From assembly GCF_009914755.1 (NCBI RefSeq), contig NC_060943.1: a stretch of 64,000 bases of DNA. One strand, given 5' to 3'. Below, in pieces: positions 18,703 to 50,447 of this stretch. A program made the position numbers and the translations under genes. The stretch is from the human T2T-CHM13v2.0 reference genome, Homo sapiens. The notes under the pieces are model-generated. The model made no database searches, was not told the origin of the DNA, and saw only the letters and a list, made by a program, of their open reading frames with translations. How positions within the stretch are numbered: the first letter of the stretch is position 1; every line of letters starts with the position of its first letter.

Positions 18703-18944
18703 ACTATGAACATCACAAAATTCAGAACAATACCATATTAGTATTTCATTCCTATATTATTAATCAACTGGCTGATGTAACACGCTTCCTACATAATTTA
18801 GCTGTCTACCCTGATCACTTCTTCAAATAGCAACAATAATATATGTTTTTATAGAGAGAATAGAAAAGCAATTTTGCATTTCCTCTAGAGTGATTGATCC
18901 AAAATTGTGATTTTTTATTATCAATATTGGAGGAAGCAAAACTT

Positions 18945-20320
<1,376 letters not shown>

Positions 20321-20414
20321 AAGCCTGGATCAGAATACAAAGTTCTTCTGGATTTTAAAACTAAAACTTGAGTTCTGGTTCTGGAACAAGATGGTACTTT
20401 TCCTTGCTCCTCCC

Positions 20415-20911
20415 TTTGGTATAAAGGCTCACTCCCATGTGCTACCTTACATCTGGTAAAACCTGGAGGGCCTCGAGTGGCCTAACTGCAACTTTCCCTC
20501 CTCACTCTGCTCTCAGTGATAGGGTCCTCTAGCCAAACAGCCCTCCTCATCAGGGACACTAGGAGCAGTTCTTGTTTGTCCCTGAGTATTGGGTTTTGGT
20601 CCCTGTTAGCCCATGGAATTGTGTAAAAGGACCAGTCACAACCTCCCTTGGAAACCATGGAGCACCCCACTCTCTTGATACTGCAAAGCCTGCCTCCCAC
20701 AGACCCTGGCTGCTCCTTCTGTCCCCAACACCCATGTGACCCTGTGGGGCGTGTGGTGCTCTCTGCCCCCAGGCCATGAGTATATGTGACTATTCACTGT
20801 TGATGTCATCTGTCCAGTCTCACCAGTTGTATGTTTGACCATCCCCACAACCCCAGGGCAGGAATTCCTCTCCTCCCCCACCAAGGGGGTGAGGAGGAGG
20901 CAATTAAAACA
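20415..20911 (+). mobile_element. ERVL-class solo LTR (MER54/73/74-like)
   Basis: Ends ...ggaggaggcaattaaaaCA; 5-bp TSD CTCCC at 20410-20414 and 20912-20916. Confidence 0.65.
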
Positions 20912-21795
20912 CTCCCCTCTAAACAGAACTAAATATCCTGGGAATTATTTAACAGACAGCAATAAAAATGACTTAAAGCTGCAAAGAGAAAGGTGAGCTA
21001 GCTATGGAAAAATAATGCAGTGAGTTCCCTGAAACTTTTTTTTTCTTTTTCTTTTTTTGAGACAGGGTCTCACTCTGTTACCCAAGCAGGAGTGCAGTGG
21101 TGTGATCTAGGCTCACCGCAACCTCCACCTCCTGGGCTCAAGCAATCGATTCTCCTGCCTCAGCCTCCAGAGTAGCTGAGATTACAGGCACATGCCACCA
21201 TACCCGGCTAATTTCTTTTTATTTTTAGTAGAGACGGGGTTTCACCTTGTTGGCCAGACTGGTCTCGAACCCCAACCTCAAGTGACCCACCTGCCTCAGC
21301 CTCTCAAAGTACTGAAATTACAGGCGTGAGCCACCATGCTTGGCCGTGTCTTCTTCTTTTAATCTTCCATATACCCTAGACCAGGTGCTGAAGATTCCCA
21401 CAACCTAGAAATTCCATTAAGCACTTAAAAAAAAAAAGATAACAAAATCTTGCTCTCTCTGGACAAATGGACAAAGAATAACTTAAGGAAAACCCGAAAG
21501 ACGCCTAGTGGGGAGTCCCATGCCCCCTCCACAGCGGAAGCACTGGCAGGCAGCCTGACCCACCTGCAATCACAGCCTGCAGGGGCAGCGTCAGCTTAGC
21601 TCTGTGTCTACCTGCCCTCCATGCAGTGGCATAAGAAGACCCAGGCCCTCTAAACCATTTAGCAGAAGAATGTAGCCCGCAAACACCAAGCAGCTCAGGG
21701 AAGTGCCTTCTGCCTTAAACGATGACATCGACAGAGATGGGGCAGGGCTAGAAGTAGCCCCAGCAGTGCTAGAAGAATCAAGCAGTTCCAAATCA

Positions 21796-22163
<368 letters not shown>

Positions 22164-22245
22164 CTACAAATATATGTCAGAACCTATATACTAAAGCTAA
22201 ATAGAGTGACTGCCTGCTAAAACATATTAAAAAACAATTTTTTAA

Positions 22246-22533
<288 letters not shown>

Positions 22534-23441
22534 TAAAACAGATTTAAATAGGATCAAGCGTGTGCTAACATAATATCCAGTGTCCAGAATACAATTGCAA
22601 AACACTCATCATCCCAAAGAACCACAGTTCGAATGAGAAAAGACAAACTGCCTCCAAAACCCAGATAAATCAGATGTTGAAATTACCTGACAAGAATTTT
22701 AAAGCAGCCTCATAAAAATGCCTCAACAAACACTTATAATGAAAAAAACACTTATAATAAAAAAAATGTTTAAAATTCTCGGCAAAGAAAGAGCAGTAAT
22801 TTAAACAAAGAACCAAATGGATCTTATAAAACTGAAAAATACAATAACTGAAATTTTTAAAAATGTACTAGATGGACTCAATAGTATAAAGGAGATGACA
22901 CAAGATAGAAACGATAAACTTGCAACAGATCAATAGGATGTACTCCAACTAAACAACAGAAAGAAAACAGACTGAAAAAAGGAAAAAGAGCTTCAGTGTT
23001 CTGTGGGGCAGTAACAAAAGATATAATGTTTTTGTATATAATCCAAATCCCAGAATGAGAAAAGAGAGTGTGGACTAAAAAAGTATTAAAAGAAATACGA
23101 AAAGAAATCCACCCCAAGATATATCATAATCAAATTCTGAAAACTAAAAACAAAGACAAAAATCTTAAAACTAGCCAGGCAAACAATGTGTTCCCTATAA
23201 ATGAATATCAATTCAAATGATAATGAATTTCCCACCGGAAACCACGGAGGCCAGAAAGAAGTGGCCCAACTTTTTTTTTTTTTTTTTTTTTTTGAGACAG
23301 GGTCTCACTTTGTCACCCAGGCTGGAGTGCAGTTGTGCAATCTTGCTTACTGCAGCCTCTGCCTTCTGGGATCAAGTGATCCTCCGACCTCAGCCTCCCA
23401 AGTAGCTGGGACTACAGGTGCACGCCACCAGGCTTTGCTAA

Positions 23442-23654
<213 letters not shown>

Positions 23655-24539
23655 TAAAGGGAAAATAAAGTCATTTGCACACAAAGGAAAACTAAGAGAA
23701 TTGTTGTTAGTGGATCTATCCTTAGAGGAAGCTCCCTAAACAGAAAGAAGATGGTAACAGAAGGAGGTTGGAACATTTAAGTCTTATGTTAGAAAAAAGG
23801 AAAAAATCTCAAATCAATCATTTAAGCTTCCTTCTCAATAACGTAGAAAAAGAAGAGCAAATTAATCCCAAAGCAAGTAGAAGGAAGGAAACAATAAACA
23901 CAAGAGCAGAAATCAACAAAATTAAAAAAACAATAGAGAAAATTAAACCAAAATCTGGCTCTTCATAAAGATCAACAAAATATATAAAACTCTTGCAAGA
24001 TTGACAGAGAGAAAAAGGGAGAAGACACACATCATCAATATCAAGACTGAAACGGATGATATTGCAATCGATCCTGCAGCCATTAAATAGATACTAATGG
24101 GATACTATAAATAACTTTACACTCATAAATTCAACAACTTAGAAGAAATAAGGTTATTCCTCAAAAACCACAAAACTGGGCCAAGATGAAATAGATAACC
24201 TGAATTATTCTATAACTGTTAAAGAAATTGAATTTATAATTATAAAACTCCTGAAAAAGGAATCTCTATGACCAGAATGTTTCATTAGAGACTTGTACCA
24301 AACATTCAAAAATGAATGTTTCAAAAGATTCATGAACATCAATTTTGCACAATGTCTTTCAGAAAGCAGAAGAGGAGTGAACACTTCCAAACTCATTTTA
24401 TTGAGGCCAGAATTACCCTGATACCAAATTTTGACAAAAAAGAAAACTACAAGGCTGGGAGCGGTTGCTCACACCTGTAATCGCAGCATTGTGGGAGGCT
24501 GAGGTGGGCGGATCACCTGAGGTAGGGAGTTTGAGACTA

Positions 24540-24755
<216 letters not shown>

Positions 24756-25770
24756 CTACGGACTAATATGTCTTATGAACTTAGAGACATTCTCGACAAA
24801 ATTTTAGCAATTGAATTCAACAATGTATAAAAAGAATAATACACAACAACCAAGTGGAATTTTTTACAGGTATGCAAGGTTGGTTCACTATTCAAAAATC
24901 AATCAATGTCATCCACCAGATAAATAGGCTAAAGAAGAAAATCATATGATTATGTCAACTGATGCATTTGACAAAGCATTTGAAAAATTCAGCACCCATT
25001 CATGATAACAACTCTTGGTACGCTAGGAATTGAAGGACACTTCTTCAACCTCATAAAGGGCATCTACAAAAAACCTAAAGCTTACATCATACTTCATAGC
25101 AAAAGACTGCATGGTTTCCCCTATGGTCAGAAACAAGATAAGAATGTTCACTCTTATCATTTTTATTGAACATAATATTGGAAGTTCTAGCCACTGCAAT
25201 AAGGCAAGGAAAAGAAAGAAGCATACAAATTGGAATGGAAAAAAGTAAAACTGTCTCTGTTTGCAGATGACATGTTGTCTACAAGGAAAATCCCAAGGAA
25301 TCTACAAAAAACTCCTAGAACTAATTAAAAAGTTCAGTGAGTTCAGTAAGGTTGCAGGATACAAGATTAACATACAAAATCAATTGCATTTCTATATACT
25401 GACAGCAAACAAGTGGAAATCAAAATAAAAAACACAATACCACTTAAAACTGCTCCAAAGAAAATCAAATCCTTAGCTGTAAACCTAACAAAACATGTAT
25501 AGAATCTGTATGATGAAAATTACAAAATGGTAATGAAAGAAATAAAAGAAAACCTAAATAGTTGGAGAGACATACTAAATTCATGGATCAAAAGACTTAA
25601 CATAGTAAAAATGTCAAGTCTCTCTAAATGATCTATAGGTTTAATGCAATTCTTACCAAATTCTCAGCAAGAATTTTGTAGACATAACAAGCTTATGCTA
25701 AAATTTAGGCCGGGCACGATGGCTCATGCCTGTAATTCCAGCACTTTGGGAGGCCGAGGCAGGCAGATCA

Positions 25771-26121
<351 letters not shown>

Positions 26122-26556
26122 TTAAGATTTTACTACATAGCTACAGTGAGTAAGACAATGTGGTACTGCCTAGGGATAGACATATGGATCAGTGGAACAG
26201 AATAGGGAATACAGAGGTAGATTCACATAAAGATGCCTAACAGTTGACAAAGGAGCAAAAGGAATTTAATGGAGGAGAAATACACTTTTCACTAAATCTG
26301 CTGGAGCAATTGGACATTCATAGGCAGAAAAATGAAACTCAACTTGTCTCACACCTCATACAAAAATTAAAAATGGATCATGGACTAAAATGTAAAATGT
26401 AAACTTATCAAACATCTAGGAGAAAATATAAGAGGAGGCGGGGCACGGTGGCTCACGCCTGTAATCCCAGCACTTTGGGAGGGTGAGGTGGGCGGATCAC
26501 TTGAGGTCAGGAGTTCAAGACCAGCCTGGCCAACATGGCGAAACCCGTCTCTACTA

Positions 26557-26861
<305 letters not shown>

Positions 26862-28446
26862 TTATCTATAAAAACATGATCCATAAAAGGAAAATTTGAT
26901 AAACCAGACCTTATTAACATTAAAATGAAAAACTTTTGCTTTGCATAAGACTAAGGATGAAGAGGCAAAACAGAGACTAAGAGATACTATTTGCAAATCA
27001 CGTATGTGACCAAGGACTAGTATCTAGACTGTAAAAAACCCCTCAGAATTCAATAGTAAAAAATGAAACAAAACTCTCAAACAATCCAAATTAGAAAATA
27101 GGCATAAAATCTGCACAGACATTTTGCTAAAGAGGATATACAGATGGCAAATAAAGATGCTCAACATCATTAGCTGGTAGAGAAATGCAAATTAAAACTT
27201 ATCGAGATACTACAGCACTCCTATCAGAATGGCTAAAATAAAAAAGTAGTGATAACACCAAATGCTGGTAGGCGTGTAGAAAAACTGGATCACTTATACA
27301 TTGCTGATGGGAGCATGTAAAATAGTTCTGCCACTCTGAAAAATGGTTTGGCAGTTCCTTTGAAAACTAAAAGTGAACTTATCGTATGACCCAGCAATTA
27401 TACTCTTGGGCATTTTTTTTCCAGATAAATGAAAACTTATTTTTATGTAGAAGCGTGTATATAAATGTTCATAGATGCTTTATTCATAATAGCTCCAACT
27501 TGAAAACTACCCAAATATCCTTCAGTGGGTGATGGTTAAACAAGCTGTGATAGATTCATACCATAGAGTGCTACTGGCAATAAAAAGGAATGATCTACTG
27601 ATACACACAACAACATGAATGAACCTGCAGAAAATTATGTTGAAAAAAGCCAGTCTCAAAAGAATAATACTGCATGAATCTGCTTGTATAACATTTGTAA
27701 AATAATATAAAGACTGAGAATAGATTCCTCGTTGCCAGGGGTTAGGGTTGAGGGAGGATGGGGAAGAAGGAAGGGGTATTTGTATAAAAGGGCAGTACTA
27801 GGAATCTTGTAATAGCACAGTTAAGTTTGTTTGTTCGTTCGTTTGTTTGTTTGTTTGTTTTGAGACAGAACCTTGGTCTGTCGCCCAGGCTGGAGCGTGG
27901 TGACGTGATCCCAGCTCACTGCAACTTCCGCTTCCCAGGTTCAAGCAATTCACCTGCCTCAGCCTATGAAGTGGCTGGGATTACAGGCACCCACCACCAT
28001 GTCTGGGTAGTTTTTATATTTTAGTAGAGATAGGGTTTCACCACGTTGGCCAGGCTGGTCTTGAACTCCTGACCTCAAGTGATCCACCCACCTCGGCCAC
28101 CCAAAGTGCTGGGATTACAGGTGTGAGCCGCCATGCCCAGCCATTAAATATCTTGATTGGGGTGATGGTCACACAAAGCTACATATGTGACAAAATTGCA
28201 TAGAGCTACCTGCACGCACACATGCATGCACACGCACAAAGGCATGGATAATCAGTAAAATCTAAATAAACTGTTCATGGCACCAATGTCCATTTCCTAG
28301 TGTTGATATTGTACTATAGTTATATAAGATGTTACCATAGCAGGGAATTGGGTGAAGTGTACACAGGACATCCCTGTACATTTATTTGCAATTTCCTGTG
28401 AATCTATAACTATTTCAAAATAAGCAGTTTTGAAAAATAAAGCTTG

Positions 28447-28849
<403 letters not shown>

Positions 28850-29153
28850 TTACACAGTGCCCGACTCCTATGGGGTGCTCAATGAATATTTGCCCAACAA
28901 GAATGGTAAGGAATAAGGACATTGGGACTCCTTAGGGAGAAGTGGGAGCCCAGGACGCCCAGCTCCCCAGCCTGTGTTGGCCTTAATGTGTGTCTATACC
29001 AGGGGTCACCTAAATAAGCTCTAGGTATGGAAGAGAGCTTGCATTATTCCAGCAATGGGTACATGAAATGACACCAAGCTGGAGTTCGTTTATTCCTTCA
29101 GTATCTTCAGTAAAGGCAGGAGGTGAAAGGACCTTACAGCTAAGGTGCAGGGG

Positions 29154-29333
29154 ATGTGGAGGGGCCATTCCCCATCTTTCTGTAGGGCACATTGAATAGA
29201 GGTTGTTTTGGTTGTTGAAGTGCTTTAGAAACCAAGTGGGGGCAAAAACACAAGTGTGTCAGGAGGCGTGGGTAAGAGAGGGGCATTCAGAGTTAGGTGG
29301 GCAGGTGAGGAGGCAGGGAGGTAGAGACGGTGG
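29154..29333 (+). repeat. ~180-bp dispersed direct duplication, copy 1 (copy 2 at 30959-31136)
   Basis: atgtggaggggccattccccatcttt...gaggaggcagggaggtag present in both copies, ~90% identical by eye. Confidence 0.92.
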
Positions 29334-29636
29334 AGTCTGTCCCAGCATGGCCACGAGAGAAGCCACAGCCCTGGCAGGTGGGGCTGTTCACACCTCTGAG
29401 CCACAGGCACAGCCCCAGGTGGGGCAGCCCTCATGCCTCCAGTCCCCATCCCCTAAGCCTCAGGGCTTACGCCTTGTCTATGGGTGGCAGGGAAGTATTT
29501 TCTGCATTCTCTCTGTTCTCTTTCTTCCTCACAATGGCATCACCTCCTGTTCTCTCTTCTCTCACTTACATAACACGAGCTCCATTATCTCACAATAGAT
29601 GTGAGTAGATACTGAGGAGGTAGGAGTAGAAGGTCT

Positions 29637-30469
<833 letters not shown>

Positions 30470-30958
30470 ATCTGAATGGACATTTCGCATGGGCCCAGCA
30501 CACAGTGCCTCCCAAACTATAAATCAGACCTGTTCTGAGGATCCTGTGCTCTCATCTCAGTTCTTGGCACCCAATGTGGGCCTGTCTCTGGCTAAGAACA
30601 GTGACTAGGAGCATGTCACCACCCTCCCTGCCCACAATGACTGTTTCAGAGATGGAAGTGTTACCCAGGCAGCTCCAGAGGGAACTTTACTGTGTGCATG
30701 GGATCTCCCGCTTCTGCTGGAGCTGACAGCTACTTTCTCACCTCTAGGAAAGACCAAGAAGGAAACAGACGCCCAGGAGAGACAAACAGAGCTGAGGGCT
30801 GGGGCAGGAGACTGGGCCCTCCAGCTACCCCTGAAACAGCCTGCTTCAAGACCTCTGAGCTTTTCAGTTTATGTGAGCAAATATGTTTCCTTCATTGGCT
30901 TATGCCAGTTTGAACTGGGTTTTCTCTCCCTTGCAATACAGAGTCCTCACTGTATTGA

Positions 30959-31136
30959 ATGTGGAGGGGCCATTCCCCATCTTTATATAGGGCACACTGA
31001 ATAGAGGCTGTTTTGGTTGTGGAAGTGCATTAGAAACCAGGTGAGGGCAAAAACACATGTGTCAGGAGGTGTGGGTAAGAGAGGGGCATTTAGAGTTAGG
31101 TGGGCAGGAGAGGAGGCAGGGAGGTAGGGACAGTGG
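30959..31136 (+). repeat. ~180-bp dispersed direct duplication, copy 2
   Basis: Matches 29154-29333. Confidence 0.92.
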
Positions 31137-31829
31137 GGGTGATAAAATGATGATCTATACTCACATTGTCACAGGCCTAACATGTGGATTTTCAGCATCA
31201 CATCTGCTGTTTAACATGATAGGGAAAACTCCCCATCACTATGAGAAACTAGGAAATGGCATGAGACTAGCCCATGATTCCTGCAAAGGGAAATCTCATC
31301 TGAGGAGCCGATGGATAGCAGAGTCTAGCAGAATGATGCTAAGACCTCAGAACTTCAGGGGCTGGGGATGAGGGTGAGCTATAGGGCAGTTATTAAAACC
31401 TCTAAGAAGTATATTGGACTCTGGAACCCCCAAATTTAGGATTTGGGATGACCCCCACAGTGGTCCAACAGAGATGTGCAAGAAAGAGTAAAATTTGTAA
31501 AGAATCTAATTCATATTCACAATTTTCAGAGGTAATTGCATCTAAAACATGAGAGCAAAAAAAAAAAATACACGAAAATGGAACAATCTAGGGACAGAAA
31601 TGTTCTCGGAGATGAAAAAGTTGATCACTGAATTTTCATATGCAAGAGAGCTTGAATGTCAAATAAAAAAATAAAATGCAAAAGAGGCAGGAGGCAGTGA
31701 ACAACAGACTCGATAATGAAAAAAGAAAACTGAGGCAGTGAATTAGAACACAGGATCAAAAAATTCTCCCAGGGAAAACCCGAGACATATAAAAGACTAA
31801 ATAATACATATGAAGTTTGACTGAAGGTA

Positions 31830-43670
<11,841 letters not shown>

Positions 43671-43689
43671 TTTCCATATGTATATATAA

Positions 43690-43823
43690 ACAGGGTCTTG
43701 CTCTTTCACCCAGGCTGGAGTGCAGTGGTGCGATCTTGGCTCACTGAATCCTCCGCCCCCAGGCTCAAGCGATCCTTCCGCCTCAGCCCCCTGAGATATA
43801 TATCTCTCTATATAAATATAAAT

Positions 43824-43891
<68 letters not shown>

Positions 43892-44010
43892 TTGAACAAC
43901 ATGGCAAGACTCCATCGCTACCAAAAATACAAAATATTAGCCAGGCATGGTGGTGTGTGCCTGTGGTCTCAGCTACTCAGGGGGCTGAGGTGGGAGGATC
44001 ACGCCCGGCC
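43690..44010 (-). mobile_element. Rearranged AluJ-like element with an internal inversion and (TA)n (~43796-43888)
   Basis: Minus-strand right arm 43690-43795, TA run, plus-strand middle segment 43897-44000, minus-strand 5' end 44001-44010. Confidence 0.85.
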
Positions 44011-44980
44011 AGGTTACTTGATTTTTGACACAGGTGCTAAGGTTATTTAGCATCAAGAAAATGAAAGTCTTCATAGAAAATAGTCCCAGACACTTGGACA
44101 TCCATAGGCAAAAGTGAACCTCAACCTTTATGTCTCACCTTACACAAAAATTAACTTGAAATAGAGTAGTAGACTTAAATGCAAAATACAACATTAAGAA
44201 ACTTCTATAAGTGAATAGAGGAGACAATCTTTGTGAGCTTGGGATAGGCAAAGATGTCTTAAACAAGACATAAAAGCACTAATCTTAAAGGAAAAACTTG
44301 ACAATTTTTTTCCTTCATCAAAATAAAAAAAACTGCTTTCTGAAAGGCACTTTAAAAATAAAGTCTTGAAGTCAGGATTTAAGACCGGCATGGGCAACAT
44401 GGTAAGACTCTGTCTCTACTAAAAATGCAAAAAATTACCCAGGCATGGTGGTGCATGTCTGTCATCCCAGCTACTTGGGGGGGGTGAGGTGAGAGAATTG
44501 TTTGAGCCTTGGAGGGTGGAGGTCGCAGTGAGGAGCCAGGATCACACCACTGCACTCCAGCCTGTGTGACAGAGAGAGGCCCTGTCTAAATAAATAAATA
44601 AATAAAGTCAAGACAAAGGGTATAAGACAATATTGTCAATACACAGCTCTTACAGAAAGACTTGTATAATATCTTACAAAAGATTCAATAAGAAGAAGAC
44701 AACTGAATTTTAAAATGGATGAAAGATTTGAACAGACATTTCACGGGCTAAGAAGCACATGAAAAATGCTCCACATGATTAGTCATTAGGAAAATATTAA
44801 TTAAAACTACAATAAGATATCAATAAGCATCCCTACTAAAATGGGCTAAAACGAAAAAGACAGATAATTCTGAGCTCTGGTGGAGGAGCTAGAGCTCGAA
44901 TCCCTGGCTGGAGGAAGTGTAAAATCGCTCAGCTCCTTTGCAAACAGTTTAGCAGTTGTTATAATATTAAACGTACACTC

Positions 44981-45390
44981 GATAAAGAAAATGTGATATA
45001 TATATACCATGGAACGCTACTCAGCCATAAAAAGGAATGAAATAATGGCATTGGCAGCAACCTGGATGGAATTGGAGACCGTTATTCTAAGTGAAATAAC
45101 TCCGGAATGGAAAACCAAACATTGTATGTTCTTACTCATAAGTGGGAGCTAAGCTATGAGGATGCAAAGGCATAAAAATGATACAATGGACTTTTGGGAC
45201 TCAGAGGAAAGGGTAGTGGGTGAGGGATAAAATACTATACATTAAATACAGTGTACACTGCTCGGGTGATGGGTGCACCAAAATCTCAGAAATCACCACG
45301 AAAGAACTTATGCATGTAACCAAACACCACCTGTTCCCCACAAAACCTATTGAAATAAAAAAATAAAAATAAAGTTGAACAGGAGAAAAA
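44981..45390 (+). mobile_element. 5'-truncated L1PB1-like 3' end
   Basis: gggagctaagctatgaggatgcaaaggc...gggtgcaccaaaatctcagaaatcaccac; A tail; TSD ...tacactc on both sides. Confidence 0.88.
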
Positions 45391-45737
45391 AAAAATACAC
45401 TCATCACATGACCCAGAGATTCCACACTTAGATATTTACCCAAGAGAAAGAAAAACATATACCCATACCGAGACTTGTACACAAATGTTCATAGCAGCTT
45501 TACTCATAAAAACCAAAAACTGGAAACAATCCAAACGACAGATAAGTGAAAACACAAATTGTGGTGTATCCATACAACAGAACACTATTCAGCACAAAAG
45601 AGGATAAACTGCTGGTATGTGCAATGGCATGGCTGATTCTCAAAAGCATAAATGATCTCTCAAAATGATGCCTCAGCCAGCAGAGGTGGCTCATGCCTGT
45701 AATCCCAGCACTTTGGGAGGCCGGGGTGGGCGGATCA

Positions 45738-45980
<243 letters not shown>

Positions 45981-46021
45981 TCAAAAAAACAAAACAAAAT
46001 GATGCCTCAAAAGTATGATGC

Positions 46022-46131
46022 TGGGTGCAGCAAACCACCGTGGCAAACCATGTAGGTAAACATGGTACAGGTTTACCATGTAACAAACCTGCACATGTAC
46101 CCTAGAACTAAAAAAAAAAAAAAAAAAAAAA
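46022..46131 (+). mobile_element. Very short L1PA-type 3' terminal fragment with poly-A
   Basis: gggtgcagcaaaccacc...tgtaacaaacctgcacatgtaccctagaact-A(n). Confidence 0.8.
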
Positions 46132-48363
46132 GCAGCATGATGCCGGGCAAAAGAAGCCAGATACAAGAGTATGTGCTGTACTATTCTGTTGATATGAAAT
46201 AGAAATAGTGACAAAAAGCAGATTGGTCACTGCCTAGAGCAGGGGCTAGGAAGGCAGGTTATCTACTAGGCAGGAGCAGGAAAGCAGCTATAGGTGTGGA
46301 AACGTTCTATGTCTTTTTTGGGTGGAGGGTGGTTACATGGTTGTATACATTTGTCAAAATGCATGGGTGCATTTTATTTTGTAAAAATTATGCCTCAATA
46401 AGTTGGAATTAAAGAAAAAAGAAAGAAAAAATATTTTTATGCCATTGGGGGTAGAGAAAGTTCTTTTTGAATAAGATATAAAAACTATAAACCACAAAAG
46501 ACAAAGAGAATTCTACTACATTAAAATTTACAACTTCTGCATATCAGAAGACACCAACCTCAATATTAAAAAACAACCCACAGGCTGGGCACGGTGGCTC
46601 ACACCTATAATCTCAGCACTTTGGGAGATCAAGGCAGGTGGATCACCTGAGGTCAGAAGTTCAAGACCACCCTGGCCAACATGGTGAAACCCCATCTCTA
46701 CTAAAAATACAAAAATTAGCCAGGCGTGGTTGGTGGGCACCTGTAATCCCAGCTACTCCGGAGGCTGAGACAGGAGAATTGCTTGTACCTGGGAGGCGAC
46801 AGAGCGAGGCTTTGTCTTAAAAAACAAAAACAACAACAACAACAAAAAAAACTCCGACAGACTGGGAGAGGATATTTACAACCCATGTAACAACAACAAC
46901 AAAAGATTGGTATCCAGAATATTTTATAAACTATTATGAAGCAATCAGAAAAATACAATCTAATGAAAAATGGCTGGGATATCACTGGGCAAATCATAAG
47001 TGAAAAAATCAAATCATCCACAAGCATGTGAGAAGATGTCAACTCACTCTCAACCAGGAAAATAGAAATTAGAAATGGCAAAATGTGATCGTCAGATAAC
47101 AGACTGTGGGCAGGGATGTGGGGAAATGGGATCCGTTTTGTGTTCCTAATGGTAGTGTATCTTCAGAGAACAAATTGATGAGGAATTTGGCAAGAGCTAG
47201 GGAATTTGAAGATGCACATCCCCACATCACCTGACATTTCTTCATTTAGCTATCTGCCCTGCAATGCTCAAGGTTATGTGCACCAGGTTAGGTGCTCAAC
47301 ATGTGTTGAGCACTGCCTTGTTTTTTTGCCTTTACTTTGTTTTTTGACACGGATCTCGTTCTGTCGCGCAGGGCTACAGTGCAGTGGCGTGATCACGGCT
47401 CACTGCAGTCTTGACCTCCTGGGCTCAGTGATCCTCCCACCTCAGCATCCTGAGTAGCTGGGACTACAGGCATGCTCCACCATGCCTGGATATTTTTTGT
47501 AGAGACGGGGTCTCATGGTGTTGCCCAGGCTTGCATTGTTAGCCCCGAAGTGGGAATATCCTAAATTTCTAATAATTGAGCAATAGGTAAAAAAAAAAAA
47601 AAAAGTATAGCTATGCAATGGAATACTATCGAAGAATCAAAATGAATAAACTAGATCTAGATCTATATGTATGAACACGGCTCTCTCTATATATATGAGA
47701 GAGAGCCGTATAGCAAGAGAGAGAATGCGCTACAGAAGGATATATACCGCCCAGAAAGAGAGGTGCTCAGCAGGACCCTAAGAAAGGGTTCCCACTGCAG
47801 CCCCATAAAAGGGGGCAGTGTTGGAGCAAGTGGACAGCTGAAAACTGCCTGCAAATAAGGAGTTTCCCAGACTCTGGGGTGTCTCTACAGAGACCCAATC
47901 CCCGGCTCTCTGACAGCGATGCAGGTCTTTTGAACGCCTGGGCTGCTGCTGCCCGCGCGCCTCCCCCGTGGCAATAAGCTATGAACAGGCGCTCGCAAGC
48001 GCTGCGATCCCACACCACCTGCGCGGTGCAGAATGCGAGATGAGCGAGCCCACAGGGCCTCCAGCTCTGTGCCGCATCACAGCCTCCCCTGCGTCTTTCT
48101 TCTCTGCTACCATCCCACTCACTTTGGCTCCACAGACTTGCTTTGAGGTTTGGCACTTCCACATTTTTAATATAAACTCAGATTCTGAAGACTCCAGCAT
48201 CAAATCCTTATTTAAAAAAAAAAAAAAAGACCCCCCAAAGAAACTGACTTCCTAACTTTCCACCTGCCCATTGTTTTCTAAAGAACAGGTGTTTGAGTAG
48301 CTTGTAGGTCGTAACCTTTTTTCCCAAAAAAGAAATCTATTTTCTCCTTCCCATGCACTCTAA

Positions 48364-49135
<772 letters not shown>

Positions 49136-49855
49136 TGAGAATCCATTGGTATCTGAGCTGGAGAGGATCAACAAAGCTGTATGAAGCCCCCTTGGTACAG
49201 ATCAGAGAAACCTGCTGAGAAAGGAGAACCACTTCCCTGCCTTCCCTTGGAAGCCCAAGTGTTTCCTGTGCCTTTCATATCCGCCCTCAAGGCTGGCCCA
49301 TGTGGACTGCATCAATGTCTCCCTTGCCTCTGACTTTTAGTTGGATCTGGCTCCTGGGATTCTCTGGCCCAAGACGGGAATGAGAGACGATAGGGAGGAA
49401 GGCCCTTTATTCCCTCCAGGGCCACCCTCCTTGAAGGTCACAGCCCAGAGGGGCTATCACATGGCCTTTGGTTTTTTCCCCATCCCACCCACAACCAGAT
49501 TTTTGTGACAGTATCCGGAGAGTGAAATAAACCTGCATTGCCATTTTCTCAGCAATTTCCGTCTCCCACTCCCTCTTCTCTACCAATGCACTCACAGCAT
49601 CTATGTGCAGTGCCTTCCACATTCTAGACGCTGGAAGGATGCTGCCGGGCGAGGGTTGGATGTAGTCCCTGACTTCGAAGAGATGTTGGTGTGTCCAGAA
49701 GAGGGAGGTGCAGGCACAGAGCTGCCAGTGCCAACATGAGGGCAGAACTTCTGACCATCTGACCATCTAAAAGGCAGCCTCTCGGGCTTTCCTGTATCTC
49801 TTTACTAGATAATCTTTACTAACCTTTAATAGAGTAAAGATTAAATGACAAAGGT

Positions 49856-50447
<592 letters not shown>

